From NCBI GenBank assembly GCA_965644265.1, contig OZ286459.1, positions 18,352,001 to 18,416,000 on the forward strand: a stretch of 64,000 bases of DNA, in the 5' to 3' direction. The DNA comes from Glycera tridactyla (Eukaryota). Positions 62,435 to 64,000 of this stretch are shown here, piece by piece. Position numbers and translations under genes: made by a program. How positions within the stretch are numbered: the stretch's first letter is position 1; each line of letters begins with the position of its first letter. Below the pieces are notes generated by a model. It made no database searches, was not told the origin of the DNA, and saw nothing but the letters and a program-made list of their open reading frames with translations.

Positions 62435-62964
62435 GTGAGTATCACAGAGTCAAAGCTATCAGGAACTGCTTGATCAATGGGCAGAATAATCATCAATCCA
62501 TTTTGGTCCAAATCATATATATCATCGGCGTCTTTAACAGTATACACCAAATCACTTAAGTCGATAGCATATCTTTATAACATAACATAACATAACATAA
62601 CATCTTTATATTAGCGAGTCATAGATCATTTACATGTATAGTTGTTAACGTGTGGGACATTTTTGACTCGGTAGCCTGCTATTGTTATATTCGGCTACTG
62701 AATATGTTAGTGTTACTGTCAGTGTTGTCAATAACATATACTTCCTGTTAAGGCCATCACCTAACAGACCCAATTTTACGGGGGTTTAGGTCTGCTACCT
62801 GGGTGTGGGTGGGTGTTGGTCGATTTTTGTGACTCTGTATGCTTGCCGTGATTGTGTATTGTTATGGGGTTGTGAGAGTGAGTTAGTTGTTAGTAGGTTA
62901 GTGTTTCATTCGGGTGGGAATACATATATATGTGGAGACGTGGCAAAAAGTCTGTTCTGGATGC

Positions 62965-63090
62965 CGATTTTTATTCGTTTATTCACTTATTTACTTATTT
63001 ATTCATTTATTTATTCATATATTCATTCATTTATTCATTTATTTTATTATTATTATTCATTTATTCATTCATTTATTTATCTATATTTAT
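62965..63090. repeat. (ATTT/ATTC)n low-complexity tract (similar tracts at ~34575, ~51870, ~55590)
   Basis: Degenerate ttattcatttatt repeats. Confidence 0.8.
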
Positions 63091-64000
63091 GAGTAACACA
63101 GATCTATCAGGAATTGCTTGATCTATGTGCAAACCATCATAAATTAATCTTGTTCAAAAAGCATTTATATTATCGTATACCCAAATATCACCAAAGTCAA
63201 TAGAAGATGTTTCTTTGCATAAGTAGTACGAGTGTATTTGTATTTGTATTTGGCTGGTGAATAGCACATAGCAGTCTGCGACTCGGTTGATCAATGGGCA
63301 GACCACCATCAATCCATCTTGTTCAAAAAGCATCTATGGCATCGGAGTCTATAACGGTATACCCCATATCACTATAGTCGGTAGCAGATGTATATATATC
63401 AGCAGCACTTGTGCATTTGTATTTGTATTCAATACTCTACCACATTCGGAAGCGATGAAAATAGATGAAAACATGATCGCTCCCTCGATCGTTGCAATCC
63501 ATCTGCAAGCAACTAGCGACTGACAAACTTGTTATCTCTTAGATTAGCATGATAGATATTAAACTTTCACGAGTAAAATTACCACCATAGAATATCCTTA
63601 AGTTGTCATGTTGAAATTTTGCATATATATATTCTGCACGGACGTCTGCACATTGTAATCTGTCCCATTGGTACCGAATGATACACCCTACTAAATGTTA
63701 TTACAAAGTATGTCAAGATAGATATACCTAAGGACAGGGTTTGACAAATATATATATATATATTTGAGTATGGATGCGAAACTCAAATCTAAACTAGCCC
63801 AACTTTGTGTGCGATTGTCGGCATGTATGCTCTGGCCGCAAGCGCTTGTGTCATACGTCACTCTCTCGATTCCAACTGGGATTTTACTTTGTATCTATTT
63901 CTCTTCATACCACCTGATTGGGTTCATTGCGCAATCATCTCGTATACCCTGTTCGATTTATATCATAATAGCGGAAGATCTATTCGATCATCAGTTAGGT

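Overview
AT-rich animal (probably marine invertebrate; species not determinable) genomic DNA with several N gaps. Host genes: the last three coding exons of NME6 (+, 1-2034); a five-exon ankyrin-repeat/SOCS-box (ASB-family) gene (-, 14093-18316, splice phases all consistent, 389 aa); and the first two coding exons of a nicotinic acetylcholine receptor-like Cys-loop channel subunit (+, 34316-34382 and 62295-62434, predicted ~28-kb intron 1). The main accessory feature is a ~5.6-kb, largely intact tyrosine-recombinase (DIRS-order, Ngaro-like) retroelement on the minus strand (~26680-32345). Its ORF order is TATA promoter - SGNH hydrolase - gag (split by one frameshift) - RT/RNaseH - YR. I see no split direct repeats or ITRs; instead each end carries a similar hairpin module. 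The hydrolase ORF sits exactly inside a predicted intron, and candidate splice acceptors precede gag and YR. Other content: many TA-flanked CAGT-ended MITEs; CAGG-ended elements with 5-bp TSDs, including one copy nested antiparallel in a sibling; a TTAA-flanked Kolobok-type element; a Helentron-type non-autonomous element; an Academ-like remnant; L2/CR1-group LINE remnants; and 378-, 68- and 62-bp tandem arrays. No database searches were run. Family names come from motif recognition, and repeat boundaries are approximate to a few bp.
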